The notes under the pieces were generated by a model. It made no database searches, had not been told where the DNA came from, and was given only the letters and a program-made list of their open reading frames with translations. DNA of 64,000 nucleotides from Rhodosorus marinus CCMP1338. Taxonomy: Eukaryota > Plantae > Rhodophyta. A program made the position numbers and the translations under genes. The stretch lies in the NCBI GenBank assembly GCA_029953675.1, contig JAMWBK010000002.1:3348001-3412000 (forward strand), in the 5' to 3' direction. Positions 25,175-37,000 of this stretch are shown one piece after another. How positions within the stretch are numbered: the stretch's first letter is position 1; every line of letters begins with the position of its first letter.

Positions 25175-25973
25175 CTGTGAGGGTTGCTCAACGCTACCAT
25201 AAGTCTCGGGAACCGAACAGCGGGCAAACCTAAACTAGAGCGGCCGAATGCAACCGGGTCGTACCATTCAGTTGAGAAATCTAGAGCTTTTCAGTTTCAA
25301 CACCTTGTATTACGGGTATTCTTACTACCTATTACTATGTTCTTTTACCAGGTTTGCACAAATGCTACCCAAACCTACCCGTCCATGACGAGATCCGACT
25401 ACGCGCTTAACTGCAAAATAAATATGTCGTCCTCATCACTCAAGGTTTCGAATCTGCTCCATTATCCAAATTTATCGAAATTACTGAAAATATAGCCAAT
25501 CAATGACACATGATCCAGTTTCTTCCCTGAGAATTGATATCTCGGCCCCGCGTGATTAGGAATTAAACTAGGGTATCCAAGCAACAAGTATTATTTCTAA
25601 AATATTGATTTATAAGCCAATTACTCTTAAGAACCACACCGTCACTAAAAACTCTTTTGAAAATCTTTTCTTTCAAAGGAGCAGGGCAGCAACAAAAATT
25701 GCTCGGATTGACTCGACAAAGTTTCAGTGCTTCGTTAGTCAGGTCTCGGTGAAGTCGATGGGGGTGGGGATGGGTAGAGTTATGCCAGAAGCAGGCTTGA
25801 GGGCAAAGGTGGTGTATTTTTTTTGTTTTTGGATGAGCTGTGATTTCGATGTGGGGAGCTGAATTGCTTGGCCGGAGGTACAGCAGTGGGGAAAGGAGGA
25901 GATAGGGTTGAAAAGGGTGGGCCTGATTCGAACTCGCGTTTGCTTTGTGTACTGAGTGAGGCGCGTAATCGGT

Positions 25974-26870
25974 ATGGATGATGATGTCGAGATGGCTCGG
26001 GAAAACCGAGTGCGTGAGGGGGATGATTTAGAAGCGGACGTTGACGACGTTGATGATGAGGGAGTTAGGGCTGTGAGGGAGAAGCATCAGAGGTTGTTCA
26101 CGAGAGAGATGAGTGAAGTGGACAACCCCGCGAGAACCGTATTCAAGAAGTTGGGTTTCACATCCTTGTCGGTAACGGGTGAACTGGCTGCGGAGTTTGG
26201 CATGGGTGAAGGTCTTACCTCCAGGCGGGATGAGCTGAAAAAGTATCTTGAAAATCGTATTTATGAGAGAATGATGCAGCTGTACAGGAAGGGAGAGGAT
26301 CCACTTGGAATTGTGCTGGGGTTTGGGTTCTCGGCGGAACATGGTAAGGAGTGGTTGACTAAGGAGGGTTTTGAGGTCAACCTATGGGAGGGAGACATGA
26401 TTGGCATATGCTCGGCGCTCAAGGCTTTTTTGAAGCTGCGAATTCAGAGGTCACTCAGTTTAGACAGGCGACGACGAATACATAGACGACTACGTCGAGA
26501 GAAGGCCCGGAGGCCTCTCTCTGACATGAACTCGAGCGCCAGTCGTAACGACTGGAAAATTCTCAAGACCGGCACTAATCGAGAAATCAGCGATCATTTC
26601 CAAAAGTCATTCTCTCGATTGGTCTCTAGGCTTCCGGAGGGCAAACTAGCCACCGAGGAGTTTGCTTGGCTCGCAGATCCGTCGTCCTTTTCGATAGAAG
26701 TCAGCAGAGAACCTAACGACCAGCTCCGTATCCACGTAACTTGCAAATGTGGCACAAAGTTGCGGCTCTTCGTCACTCACACGACCGCCAACATCGGAGC
26801 TTTAAGGCGCCACCTTTTCGGTGCAGGCAAAGAGGCGGCAACATGCAAGTTGATGAAGGTAGTCGAATAG
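25974..26870 (+). CDS. Intronless hypothetical protein, ~298 aa, with an acidic N-terminus, a basic NLS-like stretch and a C-terminal Cys/His motif
   Basis: Long uninterrupted ORF. Contains RRRRIHRRLRREKARR and a C-terminal VTCKCG...NIGALRRHL...C. Confidence 0.62.
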   Translation: MDDDVEMARENRVREGDDLEADVDDVDDEGVRAVREKHQRLFTREMSEVDNPARTVFKKLGFTSLSVTGELAAEFGMGEGLTSRRDELKKYLENRIYERMMQLYRKGEDPLGIVLGFGFSAEHGKEWLTKEGFEVNLWEGDMIGICSALKAFLKLRIQRSLSLDRRRRIHRRLRREKARRPLSDMNSSASRNDWKILKTGTNREISDHFQKSFSRLVSRLPEGKLATEEFAWLADPSSFSIEVSREPNDQLRIHVTCKCGTKLRLFVTHTTANIGALRRHLFGAGKEAATCKLMKVVE

Positions 26871-27014
26871 AGCCCACAAGGGACAAGCCTATGACGGATC
26901 AATTCTGGTCCAGGACCGCCCTATATATATATACGTGGAGGTGTTCTCCCAGTCCGGCAGCGTAGCTCGGTTAGAGCCGAGGTTGTTGAGCTATATTTGG
27001 CTTTGGCTATAGTA

Positions 27015-28054
27015 TTAAATTTCGCCTCGCTGGTGTCTTACTTCCCGTCCACGGTGAACCACGCTTTCTGGAATTGGCCATATCTTTTTGTGCGAGAGTT
27101 GAACCATCTGCAAATGTCGGGGTACAAAGAGAGCGGTGCGCACAATTCACAGAAGCTCACGTTCAACAGGATGGTGACTATATCTTTTGTGACGATCAAA
27201 ACGAGGGAGTAGACTAACTTGTTGCGTTCGTACCCGATCTGCACATGTCAATAGAATTCCAGGATCGTGTGTAACGATTACCACGGCCATTTGATTCTTG
27301 AGGTTTTCAATCAGTTCTACGATGCCCCGGTGGCCACGGCGGTCAATCCCAGCAAGCGGTTCATCCATGATAAGCACTTCGGGCATCGGTTGCCTCATTA
27401 ACTGGGAGGCTAAGGAAAGCCGTCTCTTTTGACCACCGGACAACTGTCTCGGGTTCTGCAGCAGCGAAACATCGTAAAGTCCAACCTGCGGGGACAAAAA
27501 AGTCTGTTTGAACAAACTTTGTCGATGCTCCTCATAACTGCTCCGTTTTTTCGTTTGTGATTCAGTACCTGTTTCATGACTTCACGCACGAGATCGGGTG
27601 TTGCATAGTCACGACCAACGATCAGTTCGTCTAGTATTGTGGAACCTAAGAAGTAGTTCCCCGGGAATTGGAAAACCGAACCAACAGCCTTTCCGAGATT
27701 GTTTGAGTTGCTCCTCTTTCCGTTTAGGAGCAGTTTTCCTTTGGAAGGCGTATTATACCCCGCCAATAAATCCATAAGAGTGGTCTTGCCGGTACCATTC
27801 TCTCCGACCACCACAACCACTTCATTCCTCTCAACGCGCAAATTGATTTCTTCGAATAAGTAGTATCCCCATCTCGTCCCAGGCTCCTTCAACCAGCAGT
27901 CAATCAGCTCTAAAACCGGCGTTGGTTTCTTTACCCCGGCGTCCCTCCCTTGGTCGCACAATCTCAGCGTGCGTTTTCTCCGCGCGCGGGGAGAGAAACC
28001 CACCGAGATGTACGACAGTTCAGGACTTAATCTGCTACAAACCAACTCCGCCAT
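27015..28054 (-). CDS. Solo ABC ATPase of the ABCI/ECF-A (CbiO-like, plant ABCI10/11-like) type, probably plastid-targeted, 3 exons
   Basis: Walker A GENGTGKTT, Q-loop VFQFP, signature LSGGQKRR, Walker B IMDEP and H-loop VTHD. No transmembrane domain; N-terminal extension present. Confidence 0.9.
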
Positions 28055-28662
28055 TTCTGCAGCGTGAAAGTGCCTACTCTCTTAAGTTGACGATGGCCTT
28101 TTCCCCCCAATGCGAGCCCAAGCAGCATGCACACCCCATGATGAGGACATGAGCACTCCAAACCGTGGAGTCGCGGATGTGTTCGGACCTAGCTTTAAGA
28201 CCGCGCTCGTGATCTTGGAAGATGACGAGGAAGTCTGACAAATGGGATTCTCTTTAAACCGGCAACGCTCAAGGCTGCGATTCAGAGTTTGACCTTATCA
28301 ACTGGCCCGTTGGAGCGGCGGCTCGGATTGAGGGGATCAAGTTTGCTATCGACCATGACAGAGATGATGTCAGGGCTGACAGTGCATGTTATGATCTCAA
28401 CGGTCTCTACGAGACTAGATGAGAACTAGGGTCTGATTTCAAAACAAATCTCGCTTGGAAAGAACTTTTCGCGTCTCCGAAACGCTCAGATGGACGAGTC
28501 GTAGGAATTTCGCCTATATTTGAGTTCTCCTGCATGCGGGTTTGCACGGCTTCCGCACTGTCCACGTTTCTTGTTATTTTTTTTGGCGGCGAGGGAAGGG
28601 GGGGTTGAAGGAGCCTGTGCATTCAAGTTTTTGGATACGTCGTCTCTATATTCCACTTCTTT

Positions 28663-29748
<1,086 letters not shown>

Positions 29749-29765
29749 CTAAACAATTCACAATG

Positions 29766-29831
29766 AACCCAAACAACCCAAACAACCCAAACAACCCAAG
29801 ACAACCCAAGACAACCCAAGACAACCCAAAC
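29766..29831. repeat. Tandem repeat of AACCCAAAC / AACCCAAGAC units, 7 copies, just upstream of the PSMA5 ATG
   Basis: AACCCAAAC x3, AACCCAAGAC x3, AACCCAAAC, read directly. Confidence 0.9.
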
Positions 29832-30995
29832 AAACAAACTCACAAACCAAGGAAACCAAACGAATCCAAAATCCTTTCTCCTCAAATTCACTCTCCTCCT
29901 TCACCAAACCCTATTCCCACAGATCCACTCCAATCACCAACAAGAAAAAAAGCCCAACAGCAGTTAGTGACATGTACCCAATCCCCGTCTACCTCGCTGA
30001 CCCTAATGAAACGTAGATCAATTCTTGCCCACCCTCCCCAATCCTTCAAGAACATCCTATTTTCACAATACGTCAATCGACAGCACGCGACAGAGGCAAC
30101 CCTTTAAAAAGCCCCACAACAATCCCAAAAACGATTAAACAACCCTGAAGCGGATATTGCAACTATTTTGATCGGTCCTATTGGCTGGTAGTATAAATAT
30201 TGATTGTATTCAATCTGTTTTGTTCTCAGTTGAAGCTAAAATGGCTTTAGGAGCAGAGATGCAATCGGGTGGGGGACTGGTTTTGGATGTTCGTGAGCTA
30301 AGTGTATAAGGATGTTTTGCTGGTGAACCTTTTCTTGGATTCAGAAGCAGAAGGGACAGAGATCTCGTCGCTGTACTGAGTCTGTTTTTTGTTTGTTTTT
30401 GTTTGGTTGTGGATTGATTAAATAATCGGGTTCTGAGAGGTTTTTTTGCTCCAGCCGAGATTGCTTGTGATGACGAAAGGCAGACGTTTTAAATCCGACG
30501 GGCTTTTAGTTCACGAAATAAGTTTTAGGCAACTAAGCATGTACTGGTCTCTTTCGGACCGAAGAGTCTTCAGTTGTCCTGCCAAAAGGCAGTGATTTAA
30601 GGGAGGAGTGATCCTCGCCCTTTGCGCTACTTCACCTTGATGCTCGAAGAGATGATATGAAACAACTCCTCAGTATCCAAGTCACGCTCAATCCCTGACC
30701 TTGGATGCTCGATCCCCGAGTTGGATACTGAGTGGTTTGCGGCCGCGCGTCCCTTGCCACTCGGAACGCTTTCAGAGGAGGTATGGTTGGGTTCGATTCG
30801 CGGGACCAACCTTTATCGACTTCCAGCAAGAGTTCTTCTCCGGGTGTGACTCCTCCGAACAGAGGCCATCCCATCACAGAACTCAGTTCATATTCGAGGT
30901 CTTCCGAATGAATTGTCGTACGATTTTCGGCAAGCTAACCGACATGAACTTGTGAATCACGCACTCTTCCGATGCGCAGACTCTTTGCTTTGGTT

Positions 30996-31682
30996 CTATC
31001 TGATTACAAACATTGCCAAAACTACCAGTACCCAGACGATTACGGCAATCGCAAGTAGGATGTAGGATCTGAAGGAATGAAACCACGAGGCTCTCGAATA
31101 TTTGCCTAGTCCTCCACGAAGCTTGCCTACTTGTTCCAGGTTCGAATCCACAAGCCTGTCGACATCTTCCACTGCATCGCTGCTTTCTTTGATCTTTTTG
31201 CTCAGGTTCTCCGCACCATGCTTCATGTCGCCGACTCGTACAAGCAGCAAGTTCATGAGTTCTTCCTGTATTTCCCGTTGCTGCTCAACCTCTTCGAGAC
31301 CCTTGCCTTTTCCACCAGAGCCGGATGCTCCGGAGCCATGGGAAGCTCCTTGATTTCCTCGATGCCGTAATCCCAGGAGCTCTTGTCTCTCAGGTACCCT
31401 ACCGGAATCTATACTCCTTATGCCTTCAAAAGCGGCTTCAACTTCCTTTATCCTCCGCTCATACTCCGTCAAAGTTGATGCCCCTGGATTTCCTAGACAT
31501 TCTTTCCAACCCCGATTTCCTCGTTTCAATACGTCTAACCTTGTACGGCATCCATGAACCACCTCCCTCAATACCTCAACACCACCCCTCCCACTCCGGA
31601 CGTCATCGAACAATCCCTGCGCCGAAGTCAAAAGTCTTCGAAGCTCCAGCTCCTCCCAGAATAGCTCCCCACGAATCACCAT
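30996..31682 (-). CDS. USE1: USE1-like Qc-SNARE, tail-anchored
   Basis: N-terminal ELELRRLL, SNARE helix QQREIQEELMNLL...DRLVDSNLEQV and a C-terminal transmembrane helix ILLAIAVIVWVLVVLAMFVIR*. Confidence 0.7.
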   Translation of the reverse strand: MVIRGELFWEELELRRLLTSAQGLFDDVRSGRGGVEVLREVVHGCRTRLDVLKRGNRGWKECLGNPGASTLTEYERRIKEVEAAFEGIRSIDSGRVPERQELLGLRHRGNQGASHGSGASGSGGKGKGLEEVEQQREIQEELMNLLLVRVGDMKHGAENLSKKIKESSDAVEDVDRLVDSNLEQVGKLRGGLGKYSRASWFHSFRSYILLAIAVIVWVLVVLAMFVIR

Positions 31683-32840
31683 ATGTCTATCTTTTTTAAC
31701 AAGGGCCTCAGCAAGCAACTTACTTCACCCTCGAGTAAAGAACCTATCGCTCTTCGCATGGACCATCAATTTCCTATCCCATCCCCCGTTGTTATCCTGG
31801 AGGTTTAGGCTACTACGACCAGCCCAATCTTGCAGACGGCTATTGTTGCCTAGCGCGTCCTTGACAGCGGTCAGAGCAGAACGTGCGCCTATTGTGTCTG
31901 CCTCCACTGATCACGTCGGCGGGGAAGATCTGCTTCTACATTGGCAGATCTATCGATCTCATTACGTGCCGCGAATAACACTGTGATCGCCGATGGGAGA
32001 TTTTGGACTTTTCCCCCTTTTTTTTTACGAGGCGGACATGTACAGCTTTGCTAGCACCACTCCGCTGTAACACGTGGGCAGACAATATGGCCAGCGGGAC
32101 AAACTGTCCCAATCTGAGGAGGTCTCGATTATGACGAGGTTGGTTGGTACTAGACAGTCGACGGTCTAGAGCTAGTGACTTATTCGAGTCGAATAGGTTC
32201 CAGGCTCCGAAGATGTTGGGGCCTATTTCTCATGCCTAAAGTCCCGGGTCCAACCCCTTCGTTGCGGAATTGTGTGGCTCTGCAATCACACGTTGCGAAG
32301 AGAATCTGTGCTTATCCTCAGCTCTCCAAAGCTGATTATTTCGCCTAAGTCAACCTTCGTGATCCACCCCATCCTCTCCCCACGCCTCCTCGGTTCTCAT
32401 CCGCTGTGTCCGCTGACGTTGAACTTCGGACTCGAAAGCCTTCCAGGCTAGAAACTACTCTGGCCACCACCAACCAATAGCTTCATCGTTCCGTATTTGT
32501 GGAGGTCTACAAGCCAGTGCTGTTCATTGATTGTCTAACTATCCGCACTCGACTGAACTGGCGGTAGTTCTCGATGGCGGTCCCATGGGTGTGCACGTGC
32601 CCGCTTGACACGAAGTGGCGACCATAACGTTTACACTTTTGACTTGGACACGGGGCACTGCGTGATCTGGGTGTAAGGACTCTTGTCCTCTCGCGTTGAG
32701 TGCAGGATTAGGAGGAGAAGTGTTTCTAAGAGACCTATGTTGGGTAAAGGCTAATGATAATAGCCCTCTGGACAGTGCTCGTTTGGGCTTGGGTGGTTGG
32801 TTTATGTTTATTGGTTTTGGATGCTTTTCCTTATTAGAAG

Positions 32841-35825
32841 ATGCTAGGCGGGAGGTTTTCAAAGTTCAAGGAGCGAGCTAGTGAGCTCTACCAAGTAGCT
32901 TTGGAGACTGCGGCAGCTGAGGAGGAGAATGAGAAGTGTGAAGCTGAGCTCGCTAGGAAGAAGGCGGCTGAGGTGTTTGGAAGAGGAACGGAGAATGTCA
33001 CTCAGGAGAGCGGGCTTGAGAGGGACGAGGGGCTCCACCGGAGCGCCGACGAGATTGATTCTGATGTCGTTGTACATTCTCCAGTGGATTCAGATAGACT
33101 TACTGTGGTTTCCCTGACTGGCGGGAGCGATTCGGAGTTGCTTCGGAAAAGAGTTGAACGACTAGAGTCTGAGCTGGCGTTGAAAGCTGACGAACTTCTG
33201 GAGGTTGAGAAGAAGCTGAAAAGGGCAGAACAAAATGGCATTAACTCCAACAGAATTCCTACTTCAAAAGATCCGGATGGAAACTTGCAAGCGATGCAAG
33301 CGCTCCTCAGCCAAAAAGAGTCCGAGCTCCACATGCTAGACGTGGAGAGAAAAAACTTCAAAAGGGAGGTCAATTCACTTGAGAAGCTCGTCGAATCGAA
33401 GGACAAGGAGGTAAAAGCTGCGAGAAGCGATCTTGAAGAACTCACCGATGAGTTCGTGGGTATGCAGAACAAGCTTGAAGACGCCGAAGCCAGGCTGCTG
33501 AGAGCAGGTGGGGCTCTGTCCGACCAGTCATCGCCCCCTCAGTTTTTGAGCGGGGCTGAGCTCAGCCCTCGACTGGCCTCACTCCAGAAGGAAGTTCGTA
33601 TTTTGGAGAAGGAGCGGGACGATGCCAAAGAACGAGCATCGAAGGCTTCAGAGCTTGCGCAAATAACGTCCGAAGAATCTGACTCAATATTGAAGGAGAG
33701 GGATGTTGCCCTAGCAAAGCTCCGAGAGGCGCAGATCCGAGCTGAGGAGTCGTACGTGATTGCTGAAAATGCGAGGGAGGGCCTTTTGCAGGCTGAGAAA
33801 CTCATTGAAGAGAAAACCCAGGAGGTTGAGCTCGCCCAAGCGGCGTTGAAATCAGTACAAAGCGGAGTTATCCCTGGAGAGGAGTCCCGCGCAGTAGATG
33901 AAAATTCTCTCATGGAGAAAGAGGCCGAAATTCAGGATCTCCATAGAAAACTCGGCGAAGCCGAAGGCAAAATTGAAACGCTGAGCAACGACAAGAAAGA
34001 CGTAACGGCATACCTTCAAACTGCGAGAAGGGACCGTGACAGAATAGCAAACGAACTGGAAGTTACACAAGCCCAAATTGAAGATTTTGGGACTGAGTTG
34101 AGAGGACGAGAGAGTGAAATAGGCAAGCACAAGATGCTTATCGAGGAAATTCAACAGGAGAAAAATCATTTGATGCAGAAAGAAGCAGAGTTGATGGATC
34201 AGGTTTCCTCGTTGAGGGCAGCCGCAGAGGAGCTTGAAGCGACCAAAGCTCGCGCTTCGAAGTCAGAAGAAAGGCTGAAAGCTGACCTCGAAAGCTCGTA
34301 TGAGGAGGTAGAAAGGGTCAAGCAAAACCTTTTGGAGAGCTCAACAAGGGCTGGGGTCCAGCTGCGTGAGCTTGAATCATCGGGTCGAGAGAACTTGGAG
34401 CTCAAGGATGAGCTGCTAAAGCTGAAGATGAGTGGCAAAGACATGACAAGGCGGTTGGAGGAGGAGATTGCTTCAGCGGCGGAGGCGGAAGAGAAGGTCA
34501 AAACTCAGTCGCGGATGGTTGAATCATCCGCGCAGGAGATAAAGGAGCTCAAGGAACAAATAATCAAGCTGAGGAGCGAAGTCGAGGACTTGGGGAAGAG
34601 ATTACAAGCAGAAACTTCGATTTCAGATCAGCTAAAGGATAAGCTGTATAATTCGGATCAAGAGCTTGCGGAAGCATCGCTGGAATTGCAGAGAATGCGG
34701 GCCCAGATGTCGGAGGGCGCCGACGCGAAGGCGGAGGAGGAACGCCTACTGAAGGAGCTGGAATCATCTAAAGCTATGGTGAGCGCCCTGGAGAATCAGG
34801 CAACCGAAAGTCTCGCTGATTCTCAAAGGGCAGCGGGGGATCTTGAAATGGAAAAGAGCATGGCAGCGGAGTTGGAGCTCCAGCTGAAGACTGCTAGGGA
34901 CCAAATTCTCGACCTCGGCAAGGAGCTAGAAATCGCAAGAAGTAGGACGGATAGCAAGAGCGCAGATCTTGTAGCCAAGCTGCGGAATGATCTAGAAACT
35001 GAGAAGAAAATCGCCGAAGCGAAACATTTGGCCCTAGCGCGTGCAATGGACGACGTACTTGAGCTAAAGAATCAGCTCGAGCGTGGAGGATCAATTTCAC
35101 AAGAGCAATCCGGTGAGATGAACAACGAAGCCAGTCAAGATGAGAGCGAAAGATTAGCTGCAGAATTAGAAGTGGAACGTCAACGGAGCGAGCAACTCGC
35201 GATTGAAGTAGAATCGAGGAAGTCGGAACTCTTGGAAGTGGGATTAGAGCTCAACAACAGTAGGACTGCCCGCAACGTACTAGATGACAAGCTTCACGAA
35301 GCTGAGAGTAGATTCTCGGCACTGGTGCTCGAGTCCGAAAAGCAAACTGCGGCAGTTGCTGCGTCCAGAGCAGAACGGGACTCGCACATATCTGCCCTTC
35401 AACAGCAAATCCAAGAGCTCGAAGGACATCTGTTAGATGAACGAGAACGGCGTGATGTTCTCCGGGAAGGGCCAGGAGAAACTGAACAAGATCGAGTCGC
35501 AGATCTTAACCTTCGACTGGAAGAGGCAGACCATTCTCGAAAGCGAATGGAAGCAAGAATCCAATTTTTGGGGGAGGAGCTCCATCGGACCCAGGCGACA
35601 CTAGATCAAGAGAGAGTAAGGGGAGATGAGAACGAGTTGGCTGCGGCTAGAGCTCGACGCTCGCTTCAGGAGAACGTCGTGGTTACTCCATCGCCTAGGC
35701 GAGCAACATCTACGCCGGATGATAGCAAGAGCTTGACCCTTGGCCAGATGCTACGCAGGCTCGTGCAGGAGGATCGAGGAAGCAACGTGGATGAAGAATC
35801 CCTAGTTTTTGAGAGGTTAATTTGA
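32841..35825 (+). CDS. Intronless 994-aa coiled-coil protein, golgin-like; family not recognised
   Basis: Single long ORF, E/K/L/A-rich with heptad character. No transmembrane or GRIP motif seen. Confidence 0.8.
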   Translation: MLGGRFSKFKERASELYQVALETAAAEEENEKCEAELARKKAAEVFGRGTENVTQESGLERDEGLHRSADEIDSDVVVHSPVDSDRLTVVSLTGGSDSELLRKRVERLESELALKADELLEVEKKLKRAEQNGINSNRIPTSKDPDGNLQAMQALLSQKESELHMLDVERKNFKREVNSLEKLVESKDKEVKAARSDLEELTDEFVGMQNKLEDAEARLLRAGGALSDQSSPPQFLSGAELSPRLASLQKEVRILEKERDDAKERASKASELAQITSEESDSILKERDVALAKLREAQIRAEESYVIAENAREGLLQAEKLIEEKTQEVELAQAALKSVQSGVIPGEESRAVDENSLMEKEAEIQDLHRKLGEAEGKIETLSNDKKDVTAYLQTARRDRDRIANELEVTQAQIEDFGTELRGRESEIGKHKMLIEEIQQEKNHLMQKEAELMDQVSSLRAAAEELEATKARASKSEERLKADLESSYEEVERVKQNLLESSTRAGVQLRELESSGRENLELKDELLKLKMSGKDMTRRLEEEIASAAEAEEKVKTQSRMVESSAQEIKELKEQIIKLRSEVEDLGKRLQAETSISDQLKDKLYNSDQELAEASLELQRMRAQMSEGADAKAEEERLLKELESSKAMVSALENQATESLADSQRAAGDLEMEKSMAAELELQLKTARDQILDLGKELEIARSRTDSKSADLVAKLRNDLETEKKIAEAKHLALARAMDDVLELKNQLERGGSISQEQSGEMNNEASQDESERLAAELEVERQRSEQLAIEVESRKSELLEVGLELNNSRTARNVLDDKLHEAESRFSALVLESEKQTAAVAASRAERDSHISALQQQIQELEGHLLDERERRDVLREGPGETEQDRVADLNLRLEEADHSRKRMEARIQFLGEELHRTQATLDQERVRGDENELAAARARRSLQENVVVTPSPRRATSTPDDSKSLTLGQMLRRLVQEDRGSNVDEESLVFERLI

Positions 35826-36202
35826 TGCGCTTAAGGTGTCCACCTTGGGACCTACACGCAAACTTTAAATAACTGTACATAGTGATGCCCATATATGCAT
35901 GGGAATGTTTATAAGAAAAGAAACGTGTTTCATTTTACCTTGTCGGTGGACCCAGAATGCGCAGGGGGTAGAGGACCCTAATCAACAGTGGAAAGCTGTA
36001 TTCACGGCCTTGCGCTGGTTCGCCCTTCTGGCAGCGCTCGACAAGCGATTGGCAGTTCTCCGTGGGAGGAAAGGAAGGCCTCAGGAAGGACCATCCAGTT
36101 GCGGAAACGCGTCGGGCGTGTACGCTATGCTGCGTATCGGGATGCGGGAAGAGCTTCAACGATTCATCCAGCGCCAACCGTCTGACGTCGGTGCTCATTA
36201 AA

Positions 36203-36294
36203 GGCAATCCATCTAATGGGGTTGGTACGCTAAGCCAAGACAATCCGGGGCAATCCATCTAATGGGGTTGGTATGCTAAGCCAAGACAATCCGG
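36203..36294. repeat. 46-bp tandem duplication, 2 copies, 1 mismatch
   Basis: ggcaatccatctaatggggttggta(c/t)gctaagccaagacaatccgg at 36203-36248 and 36249-36294. Confidence 0.92.
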
Positions 36295-37000
36295 GGGCAA
36301 TATTCACAGAACTCTTGAAGAGAGCCTAAAAAAGCCTTTACATATTGACACCATCCCCATATCAGGTAAGTCCCCAAATAAAACAAAGACACTGCAGGGG
36401 CAGAGCAGCTTCGCTTGATGAAGAAGCTTGTTAAGCTAGCTTTCCAATTCCAAGCGGCTCAGGAAAACCCCTCAACTGAAGAGCAAAAAGTTCAAAGTTC
36501 GGATGAAAGAAAAGAACACAAAATCACAACGTCCCCGGCGTTGTTGCTCGTTGTCACTGCCTTCGTGAGTTTCTCGCCGGCAAAACCATGGCTCACCGTG
36601 AAACGAAAACGATGGCAGTCGCTCACGGCTTCCAGCATTTCTATCGTCTGATATCCCTTGCGTTTATCCCCTATGCCTTTCCCCCGCCCCCCCCCTTCCT
36701 TCCTCATGGCGCCACACAAACCGGTACCCCGGCGGGGAACTGCCAGCCATCTTTCACCGGATGATATAGTTCTCTCCCAAACGGAAACCCAACGATCGCT
36801 CCTTATGCGGACGATCTCAACGTGAAGAAAACGAGTTCTCCTTCGACATATTGCTCCCTTCCTGGTCAGTCTTTCCAGTGGGAGGGCTCACTCCATTTGC
36901 CTCAAAATTGTAGTCGGAGGCCTGGTGGACCCCGTTCGAGGGGGTGGGTACACCTGCAAAAGGGACGTAGACATAAATGTTCAGCTCAGGGTATAAACAA

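Noticed and set aside
25905-26985. tRNA-like fragments: GAGTTCGAATC on minus near 25930 and GTAGCTCGGTTAGAGC on plus near 26965; permuted tRNA considered
   Set aside because: The T-stem has two mismatches, the D-loop is too short, there is no anticodon or acceptor stem, and the pieces are on opposite strands 1 kb apart.
30241-30990. Possible small multi-intron plus-strand gene divergent from PSMA5
   Set aside because: Splice-like signals are present, but every phase combination I tried hit early stops.
36230-36372. U1 snRNA-like sequence on the minus strand (ACTTACCTG ... ATTGCCCCCGGAT)
   Set aside because: No GATCACGAAG-type U1-70K loop and no Sm site. ACTTACCTG is simply the complement of a CAG|GTAAGT splice donor.
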